Assembly: GCA_019057815.1 (NCBI GenBank)
Contig: JAHLWR010000018.1
Coordinates: 1-64,000, forward strand
Source: Candidatus Heimdallarchaeota archaeon
Lineage (GTDB): Archaea > Asgardarchaeota > Heimdallarchaeia > Heimdallarchaeales > Heimdallarchaeaceae
Length of the DNA stretch: 64,000 nucleotides
Direction of reading: 5' to 3'
A model generated the notes under the pieces. That model ran no database searches, was not told the DNA's origin, and was given only the letters and a program-made list of their open reading frames with translations. Positions 20,990 through 30,744 of the stretch are shown here, one piece after another (the stretch's first letter is position 1; every line of letters starts with the position of its first letter). The position numbers were made by a program, and so were the translations under genes.

Positions 20990-22222
20990 ATGACAGAAGA
21001 AGATCCAAACACGACTAATCAAGACATTGATATTGAATGGTCTGAAGAGGACATTAAACAATTAGCCTACTATATAAACAAAGTTGTAACTATTGGACCA
21101 ATTTTAGAAATGGAGGCAAATGGAGAAATCACGGTTGAAACCGCATCTAAAAGACCACCTGAAAAATCAGAAGAGGAACGTAAAAAAAGAACAAAAGAAC
21201 TAAAAGAAGTAACTGTTGGTCTTGCAAAAGCGGTTACAGGTGAAGAAAAGAGAGAAGTAGAAGTAACAGTTGAAGATGATATAATAGGAGATATTATTGA
21301 AAAGGAAAAAATCCCCCTTCCTATTGAAGTTCCAATTCCTATGAAAATACCTAAACCAGAAGATAAAGTGGTAAAATCGGAAGAAGAACAAGATATAATT
21401 GCAGTAACCGAAAGTAAAGATATATCTGCTGAACTTCCTGATGCTGCTGATGAAATAGTGTCAGGTATAGAAACACATGATGAAATAGAAACGGACATCA
21501 TTAGTGTTGAAACTGAGATTCAACTAGAGGAAAAGAGAGAGATTCAAGAAGCAGACAAAATTGTAGAACTAGAAGATAAAATTGAAGTAGACAAAATTGT
21601 AGAAACAGTAGCAGTGGAAGAAACAGTAGCAGTGGAAGAAACAATAGTAGTGGAAGAAAAAGTAGAAGAAGAAGAAATATATCAAATTCAAGAACAAATA
21701 GAACTACTTGAAACAGATGATTTATCTCAGACCATTGTACCATCTCCTGTTTTGGATGAGGAAGTTAAACTTCTCCCTGAAAATGTTCCTGAAGATATCC
21801 ATGATATAATTTTCAAGGAAGAAACAGTAGCAGTGGAAGAAACAATAGCAGTGGAAGAAACAATAGCAGTGGAAGAAACAATAGCAGTGGAAGAAACAAT
21901 AGCTGTGGAAGAAACAATAGCTGTGGAAGAAACAATAGCTGTGGAAGAAACAGTAGTAGCAGAAGAAACTACGGTTATAACATTAAGTGAAGAAGAGCTT
22001 AAACAACAAAGAAGAGATCAAATAATTCAACAAATGCTTTCAGATACCAAACAAAGAGAACAAGATGAGGGAATGGTAGTACGAGATATGGGGAAAACTG
22101 AAGGGAGAGCTTATTCTGCAGTTATATTTGGAAAAGAATCTTCTAAAAATGTGAAAAAATGGAGAAAATGGGATAAAATAAGAGGAAAAGCTAATAAGAA
22201 GAAAAAAAAGAAAAAGAAATAA
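20990..22222 (+). CDS. Highly acidic low-complexity protein with EETIAV repeats and a polybasic C-terminus
   Basis: Glu-rich; ends KKWRKWDKIRGKANKKKKKKK. Confidence 0.8.
   Translation: MTEEDPNTTNQDIDIEWSEEDIKQLAYYINKVVTIGPILEMEANGEITVETASKRPPEKSEEERKKRTKELKEVTVGLAKAVTGEEKREVEVTVEDDIIGDIIEKEKIPLPIEVPIPMKIPKPEDKVVKSEEEQDIIAVTESKDISAELPDAADEIVSGIETHDEIETDIISVETEIQLEEKREIQEADKIVELEDKIEVDKIVETVAVEETVAVEETIVVEEKVEEEEIYQIQEQIELLETDDLSQTIVPSPVLDEEVKLLPENVPEDIHDIIFKEETVAVEETIAVEETIAVEETIAVEETIAVEETIAVEETIAVEETVVAEETTVITLSEEELKQQRRDQIIQQMLSDTKQREQDEGMVVRDMGKTEGRAYSAVIFGKESSKNVKKWRKWDKIRGKANKKKKKKKK
21818..21970 (+). repeat. Coding 18-bp tandem repeat (GAAGAAACAATAGCAGTG; EETIAV), about 8 units; shorter array near 21600-21660
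   Basis: Directly visible in DNA and protein. Confidence 0.92.
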
Positions 22223-22375
22223 CAATTACAGATAAATTGTAACAAACATTTAAAATACATTTAAGTTCTTATAGAATCTAACAGAAAGTCTACTAAGAAA
22301 TAAAAAATACTTAACTAGTTAACAAATATCGGTAAGAAAAACGTTCAGGATCGTAGTGATTCCATCTAATTTGAG

Positions 22376-23512
22376 TTGGTAAATTTGAGTCAGTTTGATT
22401 TACCCTGGGATAAATTTGTAGGATTTTGTTTATTTACATTAAATGAGGAATTAATATATGATAAAATAATAAATTTAAAGTCTGATTTCTCGACTATTTA
22501 TCATTTGATTGACACAAGTGCAAAAACTAGACAAGAACTCAAACAATCGGGGTCACTTACTTTAATAAATGATATTTTCAGGGTAGATTACAATCTCTTC
22601 TTTAACATTATTTTAAGCTGTATGTTCAAGCCTGATATTGATGAAAATATTGCAAATGAAATTATCAATATCGTAAAAAATAAAATGAAAGATCAGCTTA
22701 AAGATTATGGCGCTATTGAGAAGATGGAACCAGCATCTCAAACTGCTTTAGTGAAGAAATTAGGAAACTTGATAGCTGAAAGGGCATCAAATCAGATGAA
22801 ATTCGAATTTTATCCAAGTAAAAAACCAACTTTTGTGGAAGATAAAGATATTGAGCGAGACAGTTTTGGAAGACCAAGATCTTCACTTGCACCCACACAT
22901 ACAGCAGTAACCCAGAAGGTTCAAAAAGAAACACCTGTTTCCCAAGCACCTCCTATTAGCCCAAGTACTACAGAAACTCAACCAAGTCCCGTAACTACAG
23001 AACCTTCACCAGCAGAAGTTCCATCACAAGAACAAGCTGGTAATGTTGAAGGTTTGCTAGAGTTTATAGGATTTAAGGCTGAAAAATCAGAAGAAAAAAA
23101 AGAGGATACCAAAGTTGAATTAACAAAAAAGCTTTTAGAGGAGACAAAAAAACAAGCATTGCAAAAACTTCTTTCATCCGTCAATAAAGGATTATCCCAA
23201 AAAACTGGTGTTTGTTTTGTTTCAACAGGAGATAAAGGAGTCCTTGAAACATTAACTTTTGGAATGTCAGAAAAACATGCAACCTTTGTACTAGGAATCC
23301 TTTCGAAATATCCAGAAGTTGTCAAACAAACGCTTGAACAACAAGGAGAAGAAAAAACACTAGATGCAGGAGATGGTGTTGTTATCTTGGAAGAAACAGA
23401 TGTAGGTATGCTAGTTAGCATAACAAAAGAGAGAGAAGAAATTCCTATAATTGCGAAACGGTTGAAGGTTGTAAAAACATTGATTGACGAATTTCTGAAG
23501 GCTGATTTTTAA
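22376..23512 (+). CDS. Longin-like N-domain, Pro/Thr/Ser linker and roadblock-like C-domain protein
   Basis: FVGFCLFTLNEELIY N-terminal beta hairpin; low-complexity linker; C-domain VLGILSKYPEVV...TLDAGDGVVILEE. Confidence 0.6.
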   Translation: MVNLSQFDLPWDKFVGFCLFTLNEELIYDKIINLKSDFSTIYHLIDTSAKTRQELKQSGSLTLINDIFRVDYNLFFNIILSCMFKPDIDENIANEIINIVKNKMKDQLKDYGAIEKMEPASQTALVKKLGNLIAERASNQMKFEFYPSKKPTFVEDKDIERDSFGRPRSSLAPTHTAVTQKVQKETPVSQAPPISPSTTETQPSPVTTEPSPAEVPSQEQAGNVEGLLEFIGFKAEKSEEKKEDTKVELTKKLLEETKKQALQKLLSSVNKGLSQKTGVCFVSTGDKGVLETLTFGMSEKHATFVLGILSKYPEVVKQTLEQQGEEKTLDAGDGVVILEETDVGMLVSITKEREEIPIIAKRLKVVKTLIDEFLKADF

Positions 23513-23578
23513 TCTTCATTAATTACCTACCACTTTGTATTCCAAATATATTTTTAATATACTGTTTTAATTTCTTTT

Positions 23579-24223
23579 GTGAAAAACTTTGCTTTTGAAG
23601 AAAAAAAGAAAAGGAATTATTTCAAAAGAGAGTTTTCAAGTAAAACAAGAAATTTCCTCAATCTTTTTGACTCTTTAATAGAAGTTATGCAAAAAGAAGG
23701 TTACAAAATCCTGAAAGATGAGAGAGATTCAAATAAATTACTGTTTTCAAAAAATAGATTCAACCAGCATTGGATTGAACTAAGTGATAAACAGTCACTA
23801 AATCTATATGATATAGAAGTGTGGAAAAAAACTACTTCTCTTTCACTTCATCTTTCAGAGTGGTTAACTCAAACTTTCCTGCGTATGAAAAGAGGATTGT
23901 GGGTTCTTTTACTTCTTATTCCAAGTATAATCATTCCTACATACTTCTCAATACGTTCCAATTCATCGTATGTTAGAATATTAGGTATAGTTATAGCTTC
24001 AGTAGGTTTAGGTTCAGTCTTCATTTATACAGGATTAAATAATTTATACAAAAAACGAAAAAGATGTAGAAAAGAATACATAGAGAAACTTTTGGACAAA
24101 ATTATCGCACTAATTTCAGTATTTACCGACGACTTGCGGGATGAATTAAGATGTTGGAAATGTTTCCAAAGTGTACATAAAGATAACAAAAAATGTCCGA
24201 ACTGCGGTTCAAAACTGAAATGA
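23579..24223 (+). CDS. Two-TM membrane protein with C-terminal zinc ribbon
   Basis: Two hydrophobic helices; CWKC...CPNCG. Confidence 0.75.
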   Translation: MKNFAFEEKKKRNYFKREFSSKTRNFLNLFDSLIEVMQKEGYKILKDERDSNKLLFSKNRFNQHWIELSDKQSLNLYDIEVWKKTTSLSLHLSEWLTQTFLRMKRGLWVLLLLIPSIIIPTYFSIRSNSSYVRILGIVIASVGLGSVFIYTGLNNLYKKRKRCRKEYIEKLLDKIIALISVFTDDLRDELRCWKCFQSVHKDNKKCPNCGSKLK

Positions 24224-24266
24224 ACTACCGTTACCAAAGTAAGGAAAGTGACTTTTGCTTAATTCA
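24221..24266 (-). mobile_element. Short IS200/IS605 right-end-like element (MITE/PATE-like), degenerate
   Basis: Reverse strand TGAATTAAGCAAAAGTCAC...GGTAGTTCA aligns with the copies at 52837 and 54292. Confidence 0.55.
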
Positions 24267-24278
24267 GTCAAAGAAATA

Positions 24279-24860
24279 TTAGGTTTCCTCCAATGTTAAA
24301 GTATTATCAATAACAACATTCTGCACATGTCTAAGTTTTCTTGCTAATTCATCAACATCATTCTGTTTTTTCACAATCCCTACAAGATAATTATCTTCTT
24401 GGCAGTTCTCCAATACAACGTAACCGATACCTGTATCAAGGACTTTAACCATATCCTCAGATCCAAGTAGATCGTTGATAACAGGTGGATATTTTCTAAA
24501 AATCGATAGAATCTTCTTTACAGAATCTCTATTTAGTGGCCCTCGGACTAAATATCCTTTTTCTTTGCTTTCTGGGTGGGGAACTAAAGCTGCAGCCGAT
24601 AGCGAATTAAGTTCATCAGAAATGCTATCAAGTAATGCATCGATTGTCATTTTTACAGCTTCCTTAACAGAATCTAGTGTGGATGTTTGTCTCAAGAAAT
24701 CTCGGAGATACTGCCCTGATTTAATTTTACGCTTAGCTATGTTCAATGTTTCATATGCAATATCTTCCATTTCACAAAATGGATCCTTCTTCTTAGACTT
24801 TCTTTTCCTTGACGTTATTTTTCCTTTTTGTGAATCTAAAGAGGAATTAGCTGGATTCAT
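24279..24860 (-). CDS. Roadblock-like domain protein, paralog of the C-domains of 22376 and 24903
   Basis: ILSIFRKYPPVI...KVLDTGIGYVVLEN...LVGIV. Confidence 0.6.
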   Translation of the reverse strand: MNPANSSLDSQKGKITSRKRKSKKKDPFCEMEDIAYETLNIAKRKIKSGQYLRDFLRQTSTLDSVKEAVKMTIDALLDSISDELNSLSAAALVPHPESKEKGYLVRGPLNRDSVKKILSIFRKYPPVINDLLGSEDMVKVLDTGIGYVVLENCQEDNYLVGIVKKQNDVDELARKLRHVQNVVIDNTLTLEET

Positions 24861-24902
24861 TTATTTCATTCTATAATTATGAGGTAGAATCTAAAAAACC
24901 TT

Positions 24903-25964
24903 TTGTTCATGATTTTAATTATTATATACATTTTTTCTTGGATGAATGGCACGTGTATAATTCCAAATAATTTATTAGAAAAAAGGTTTTATCATAAAAT
25001 GGTAATAAATCTTATGCTTTTTCCTAGTATTGACATTAATCCACTGGCTGCCGTTGTAATCTATGATATCAAGGGTTTAATCATTTATCAACTCGAGAAT
25101 ATGATTAGTGAAAATGAAAATAGACAGATTGATCAATTATTCATTCAACCATTAGAATTTAATGATTGGGTACGAAGATACAAAGAGATCACAATATTCA
25201 GAGGAGCATTTCGAGCAACTTATATAACATTCCTTGATGTCACTGTCTTGTTTGTATCTAGGATAAACAACATTGCACCTGAGATTAGACCAATAATTAA
25301 CAAATTTGTTTATCTACTCGGAAGGAAAGTTTTATTGAATTTGGAAAAAGAAAATAAAACAGAATTGGGCTTTTTTACAATTAGGGCTATAACTCAACCA
25401 GAAGCTGTAAAAACAGAAATATTTAGTGTCTTTTCTCGCTTAGGTATAGATAGAATGACACCCCCAACGCCCATTATACAAAAAGAAGCAGTAAAGGAAT
25501 TAATTGAAGGTCAAGTTAAAACTTTCGAAAGTATAAAACCGTTTGAAAGTGTTCCTCAGATACCAGTGTCAGAGATGACACAAGAGATTCTAGATGATGC
25601 AATAAAGAGAGCTGCAACATCACTATTATTTTCATCTATCAGATCATGTGAATCTCAATCAGCGGCAGCTTTTATTTTTCCCAAAGAAGATGGTGCTATT
25701 GGAGAACTTTACGCTGGTAATTTAGAAGAAAAGAAAATTGTTTTTGTTCTTGAAACTATTAGTAAATTCCCAAGAGTCATAAATGAAATGATTCATTCAA
25801 AGGATAATATCAAAGTGCTAAATGCTGAGGTTGTACAAATTATTGTTGAAGAATGCTATGATGGACGAATATTAATAGGTATGACTACGAATGTAAGTGA
25901 TGTCATAAATGTAGCCTATAAATTTAAGATAATTAAAATAGTTTTCAAGAATATGGGATTGTAA
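24903..25964 (+). CDS. Longin-like N-domain plus roadblock-like C-domain protein (true start likely 24999 or 25014)
   Basis: AAVVIYDIKGLIIYQ N-domain; C-domain VLETISKFPRVI...KVLNAEVVQIIVEE. Confidence 0.6.
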   Translation: MFMILIIIYIFSWMNGTCIIPNNLLEKRFYHKMVINLMLFPSIDINPLAAVVIYDIKGLIIYQLENMISENENRQIDQLFIQPLEFNDWVRRYKEITIFRGAFRATYITFLDVTVLFVSRINNIAPEIRPIINKFVYLLGRKVLLNLEKENKTELGFFTIRAITQPEAVKTEIFSVFSRLGIDRMTPPTPIIQKEAVKELIEGQVKTFESIKPFESVPQIPVSEMTQEILDDAIKRAATSLLFSSIRSCESQSAAAFIFPKEDGAIGELYAGNLEEKKIVFVLETISKFPRVINEMIHSKDNIKVLNAEVVQIIVEECYDGRILIGMTTNVSDVINVAYKFKIIKIVFKNMGL

Positions 25965-26024
25965 AATATTAAGATTTCACTATCATTATAACAACTATTT
26001 TATATATCACAAATTGTTTTTTGG

Positions 26025-26603
26025 TTGAACATTATGGCATTACCTACAAGATTTTGGACTACTTCTGGTGTAGGGGAATCAGATTTTTCTGAATTAGATG
26101 CTATTGACCAAGCTCTTATAAAATCAGGAATTGGATATCAAAATTCTATTCCAGTTTCATCTGTACCTCCTGGTGAAGAAATATTTCCTAAAATTGATTC
26201 CAAAATAGGTTTAACACATGTCTTTATAGACAATCACTGGGAATTACTTCCTATAAGCTCAACAATTCATACTGTAAAAGCTATTAATACAGGTGTGAAA
26301 GGAGACTTATTAGTTAGTGCAATAGCTCTAGCCAAAGTCAAGCTTGTTTCTAGTGAAAAACCTATTGAGTTTGTTCTAGCGTATGAAAATATAGGAAATG
26401 AACTCGATGTAACAACTGAGTACGCAATAAAGGGAGTGGAAAAATTAGTCAATAAACGTCATCTCATTGTTGATACTTCTTGGGGAGAATCAGGCTACAA
26501 AACTGTTATCTCAAGCTTAGAAGTTAAGTTAGAATTCGGTTGTTCAGCTGTTTTTGTAGTTTTTGACCCTTTTACTTATAAGTATAAACTTGTTACTTCC
26601 TAA
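26025..26603 (+). CDS. pdaD: Pyruvoyl-dependent arginine decarboxylase family protein
   Basis: PTRFWTTSGVGES...LDAIDQALIKSGIGYQNSIPVSSVPP with the Ser-Ser autocleavage site. Confidence 0.8.
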   Translation: MNIMALPTRFWTTSGVGESDFSELDAIDQALIKSGIGYQNSIPVSSVPPGEEIFPKIDSKIGLTHVFIDNHWELLPISSTIHTVKAINTGVKGDLLVSAIALAKVKLVSSEKPIEFVLAYENIGNELDVTTEYAIKGVEKLVNKRHLIVDTSWGESGYKTVISSLEVKLEFGCSAVFVVFDPFTYKYKLVTS

Positions 26604-26682
26604 TGTATATTGTAGTATAAGACAAAAAGAATAAAATATAGATGTCAAATACATCATCCAAGCACCGTAAAAGTGAAGAGAA

Positions 26683-28545
26683 ATGAACCATAAAAAACTA
26701 CTATCCTTATATTTGTTAATAATTATGACACTAGCTTTTGTAATAGGTATAATTCCAAGTAACATTGTTAAAGGAGAAACATCATCAGCTCCAAAGTTTG
26801 AGAGTTTGGAAGCAGATGATAATCCTGTAGGCAATCAAATTTCATTTTCTAATGGAACTATAATATCAGTTGAATACTCTGTCGACCGATATGCTGGAAT
26901 TGATGGAGTGCTAATTATAGGACAAGGATCAAATCTAACAGAAATAGTTGAAAACGCTTTATCACTAAACTTTTCCTCTTCATTTAGAGATAGATCGTAC
27001 TATACAGGTTCATTTAATTTAACGGAAAATACATATTTCAAAGGATATTCATATGTTGGTCTGGAAACAAACGGTACAGAAGAAGAAGTGGAAATATTCA
27101 ATCACCTCGGTTCATGGCATTATCTCTATGTTTCAGATAATGAAGGAGAAATACTTCCTCCAGAGATGTATACAAAACCAGTAAATACATCAAATACGGA
27201 TAAACAAGGAGTTTATTACACTCATACTGACCAAGAAATTACTTTCTATTATCAAATTCACAATGGTGATGAGAATGACTCAGTAACTCTTGTCCTTTCA
27301 ACTCATAAAGAAAAAATAACGAATGGTATTTTAACAGAATTTGATGAAGATGTAACTTTTATTCAGATGGAATACGATAATTTTACAGATACTTCTTCAG
27401 GAGATCCTATTTTCCAACATACCTTAAATTTCACTTATAGAACATTATACTTTACAGCAAATAATTCATATGGCTGGGATTCCTGGTCTAATGATGTTTT
27501 AACAACAAATATAAACATTTACGAAATCAATAACGGATTCTATTTCGAGTCAGAACCTTCGATAGATGACCAAAAATATACTGATATTGATGATGTAGAG
27601 TTCACAATTAAAGCTTACAATTCAACAACAAATGAAACCTATGGTATCAGTTATTATGTTGTTGAGAGCGCAGATAATGATACAAGAATTGTAGAATGGA
27701 CAGAAATTAATGGAACTTTTACCACAGAGTATAATGAGACGGTAACTGAAGATTACAACACAACTGTAAGAGAATATAATTGTAGTTTAGGAATATTTAA
27801 CGCTAACAACATTATCTACTATGAAAGTTACAATATTTATTCTAATGAGTACTATAATGAAACAAGCGGTATTTACCACAAATTGCTTATTTATGACTCT
27901 CGTCCTCAACTATCCCTTTACCCCTATAATCAGGCATATACAAACAATCCAAGTGTGACATTCACTTATGAAATTGAACTTGTTAGAGGAAATATTACAG
28001 AAATCCTACTTGATTTTGGTGATGGAAGTCCAATTGCCAATTTAACAGATGATGAAGATAATTCAACAACACATGAATACAGTGCAACAACTAAGTCTTA
28101 TAATATAACTTTAACAGTGACCTGCTCACTTGGCACAAACAATACAATTACTCATCTATTAACTCTTGACATTGAAAATCCTGTAGTTAATATCATCAGC
28201 CCAACAACAAATAGCACAGTAAGTTATAATGGATACGTTGAAATGTACTTCGAGTGGGATGATAATTTAGGTATCAGGAAAGTATGGGTAGACTGGGGTG
28301 ATGGAACAGTATGGAATGCTACTGGAGACAATTTTGCATCACATATTTATGCTAATAATGGAACCTATGAAGCAACAATAATGGTTGAAGATTTAGCAGG
28401 AAACATATCAAACAAAACAATTATCTTTTCTATATATATCGTAACATCAACCTACTCAGAACCGACGCCACTTGCAACTTTTACTGTAATCACAGCTATC
28501 TCAGTAATTGCATATTTTGGAAATAAAAAGAGAAGAGATAACTAA
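26683..28545 (+). CDS. Secreted, membrane-anchored PKD/Ig-like surface glycoprotein
   Basis: Signal peptide; DFGDG and WGDG PKD motifs; many NxT/S sequons; C-terminal TM plus KKRR. Confidence 0.85.
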   Translation: MNHKKLLSLYLLIIMTLAFVIGIIPSNIVKGETSSAPKFESLEADDNPVGNQISFSNGTIISVEYSVDRYAGIDGVLIIGQGSNLTEIVENALSLNFSSSFRDRSYYTGSFNLTENTYFKGYSYVGLETNGTEEEVEIFNHLGSWHYLYVSDNEGEILPPEMYTKPVNTSNTDKQGVYYTHTDQEITFYYQIHNGDENDSVTLVLSTHKEKITNGILTEFDEDVTFIQMEYDNFTDTSSGDPIFQHTLNFTYRTLYFTANNSYGWDSWSNDVLTTNINIYEINNGFYFESEPSIDDQKYTDIDDVEFTIKAYNSTTNETYGISYYVVESADNDTRIVEWTEINGTFTTEYNETVTEDYNTTVREYNCSLGIFNANNIIYYESYNIYSNEYYNETSGIYHKLLIYDSRPQLSLYPYNQAYTNNPSVTFTYEIELVRGNITEILLDFGDGSPIANLTDDEDNSTTHEYSATTKSYNITLTVTCSLGTNNTITHLLTLDIENPVVNIISPTTNSTVSYNGYVEMYFEWDDNLGIRKVWVDWGDGTVWNATGDNFASHIYANNGTYEATIMVEDLAGNISNKTIIFSIYIVTSTYSEPTPLATFTVITAISVIAYFGNKKRRDN

Positions 28546-28605
28546 ATTTCTTCTTACACTTTATTTTCAATTGTTTTATTGAATGGTTAGGTATGAGTTT
28601 ACTCT

Positions 28606-30513
28606 TTAAGATGAAAAGAACAAATCTAAAGAGTAACTTTTTTGTTCTTCTGCTCTTAAAGGAGGTATTTTCATTTGAAGAGTAAGATACTTTCCATAGA
28701 AACTAGATTTAATATTCCATTTGATTGAAGATGGCAGCTTGATGTTGACTCTATAGTTTGCCTTCTTATTCGATATCTCTATATCACAGCCTTCTTTTTC
28801 ATTAATGACGAAGCTGTGAGTGATATCATCTTGAGTTGTCAACATATCATGATATAAACAAATATTGAGTTTAGATAAGCTATAGAGAATCATTTCTCCT
28901 TCAGTAGCATTATTACCAATATTCTTAAAGTCGTATTTGATGTTAATACGCTTAGAATTGGAGTAGAGTGTGTATGTTTTTTCAAGCAGAATATTATGAA
29001 CAGTAAAACAAGAGAAAGTGATAGCTGTACCTGTTTCATTCATCACATATCCATTATTGTACCACTCATGGAATAGATTAAATTGTCCCAATTGTCTTTT
29101 AGAGATAATGTCATGCATTAAACCATAATCTGGTTCTTGAGTAAAAGGATTGGTGATAAGAGAAGGAGAAGGAGTCATCGTAACAACTTTACCTTCTTCT
29201 AAATCAATAATATTGCTTAGAACTCCACCTTTAGTCTCAAAAGAACAAAAAAGATTTCCTTCTTTATAAGCTAATTGAGAAAATCGTTTCGATTTGAAGC
29301 TGAATTGAGGGGTTGAATTTTGTTGGCTAGCATTAACCCACATTTCAAGTATTTTACCCACTAGATTTAGATGATTAATGCTATCCCAAATAGAAACAAG
29401 TTTTGAGAAATTTACATTTTTAATATATTCACCGAAAATTGGAAAGCAAAAATTGTGTAGAGTGGTTAAAAAGAAATTACATGTATATGAAATTAAACTA
29501 TCAAATGGTTTCTTGAAGCGCTCTTGAATAATATCAGTTAGCTTCTCTATACTTTTTAAAGAAATCATTCCTTTCTCAAACAGGGAAACAAAATAATCAC
29601 AAGTTGATGATTTGTATTCAAATTCTCTTTTTTCCTTTAGATATGATAATTCATAGGGAAGAGCAGAAGGAATTTCCAATTCTTCTATAGAATCTAGAGT
29701 ATTAGGAATCTCAGAAGGTTTAATATGTTTTATAGGAAGTTCAGCCAAAACATATGTCCCATTAAAAAAATTATCAAAATCAAATTCTGTTGGAAATTTA
29801 GGGAACTTTAAATCATTGAAATCTAGAGTCATTAGAGCTACTATATCCTCATCACCTTCTTCTGAATAATTTAATGCTTGTTGAGCAAAACCAATGAAAT
29901 TTTTAAATTGTCCTGACTTGAGATATTTTGAAAAACGATCAGGGAATAGAGAGAAACCACTATGAAAGTTAAAAGAGGGTATAGCAATAATTTCACTGTT
30001 TTTTAATTTGTAGGGTCTAATATTGTCCTTTGAAGGAATTAAAACAGGTTTGGCAGCTAATGCTTGTTCTATTATATACCAGTCCATGATAATATACTCG
30101 CACTTGAAGTCCTCTAAAATGCTAATAACTCTATCATCCCAGATCCCAAAAGGAGGATAAAATCCCTTAATATATTTCTCTGGGTAGATTTCCCTTAAAT
30201 GTTGAAAAGAACTTTTCATTTGATAACTTAGATATTCAAGTTCATTAGGAGAAAAAGTAGGTACATAGTTTGAATAAAACGAGTCAGATAATTCAAAATT
30301 CTTGGTTAAACATAGCTTTGAAACATCTTTTATGAAGGGTTCTTTATCCCATAAATTTGAAAAGAGAAAGAGAGAATTCATCGAAACTGTGCCACACAAT
30401 TGAGGATTAGATTTAAACCACATCAACACTTGATCACATAGATTTCGCAAATCCTCTGTTATTGGCTCTAGAAACCAAGAGAAATTATAATGGGTTGACA
30501 TATAGAATGTCAT
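28606..30513 (-). CDS. Degenerate GH57-like protein (glucanotransferase/amylopullulanase-like architecture), probably non-catalytic
   Basis: KGFYPPFGIWD...YIIMD aligns with GH57 GFWLPE...Y-x-x-x-D; C-terminal beta-sandwich (GGVLS...LEKTYTL...IKYDFKN). Confidence 0.6.
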   Translation of the reverse strand: MTFYMSTHYNFSWFLEPITEDLRNLCDQVLMWFKSNPQLCGTVSMNSLFLFSNLWDKEPFIKDVSKLCLTKNFELSDSFYSNYVPTFSPNELEYLSYQMKSSFQHLREIYPEKYIKGFYPPFGIWDDRVISILEDFKCEYIIMDWYIIEQALAAKPVLIPSKDNIRPYKLKNSEIIAIPSFNFHSGFSLFPDRFSKYLKSGQFKNFIGFAQQALNYSEEGDEDIVALMTLDFNDLKFPKFPTEFDFDNFFNGTYVLAELPIKHIKPSEIPNTLDSIEELEIPSALPYELSYLKEKREFEYKSSTCDYFVSLFEKGMISLKSIEKLTDIIQERFKKPFDSLISYTCNFFLTTLHNFCFPIFGEYIKNVNFSKLVSIWDSINHLNLVGKILEMWVNASQQNSTPQFSFKSKRFSQLAYKEGNLFCSFETKGGVLSNIIDLEEGKVVTMTPSPSLITNPFTQEPDYGLMHDIISKRQLGQFNLFHEWYNNGYVMNETGTAITFSCFTVHNILLEKTYTLYSNSKRINIKYDFKNIGNNATEGEMILYSLSKLNICLYHDMLTTQDDITHSFVINEKEGCDIEISNKKANYRVNIKLPSSIKWNIKSSFYGKYLTLQMKIPPLRAEEQKSYSLDLFFSS

Positions 30514-30744
30514 TAGGATAGAGTAATTTTTCTAATTTAAAACAGCTTCCTTTATAATAATTGAGCACCTAGTTCATTTAAAACAAACTTAAGTATAAAA
30601 CATAATAATTAACTAAATATAGAAACTAAATTCTCTTATTACAAAGCGTATAGCTGGTAAATTTTGAAAATAATGTAAAAAGATACCTTTAAATACCAGA
30701 ATGCACAATGTTTTATTAACCACTTGAGTAGTAACTTTATGTGA

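Noticed and set aside
21818-21970. Regular repeats as a possible CRISPR array
   Set aside because: Head-to-tail in-frame 18-bp units with no spacers inside a CDS; no cas genes in the window.
30561-30582. AGTTCATTTAAA as a fourth mini-element copy
   Set aside because: Only the terminal few bases match; there is no hairpin or GGTAGTTCA.
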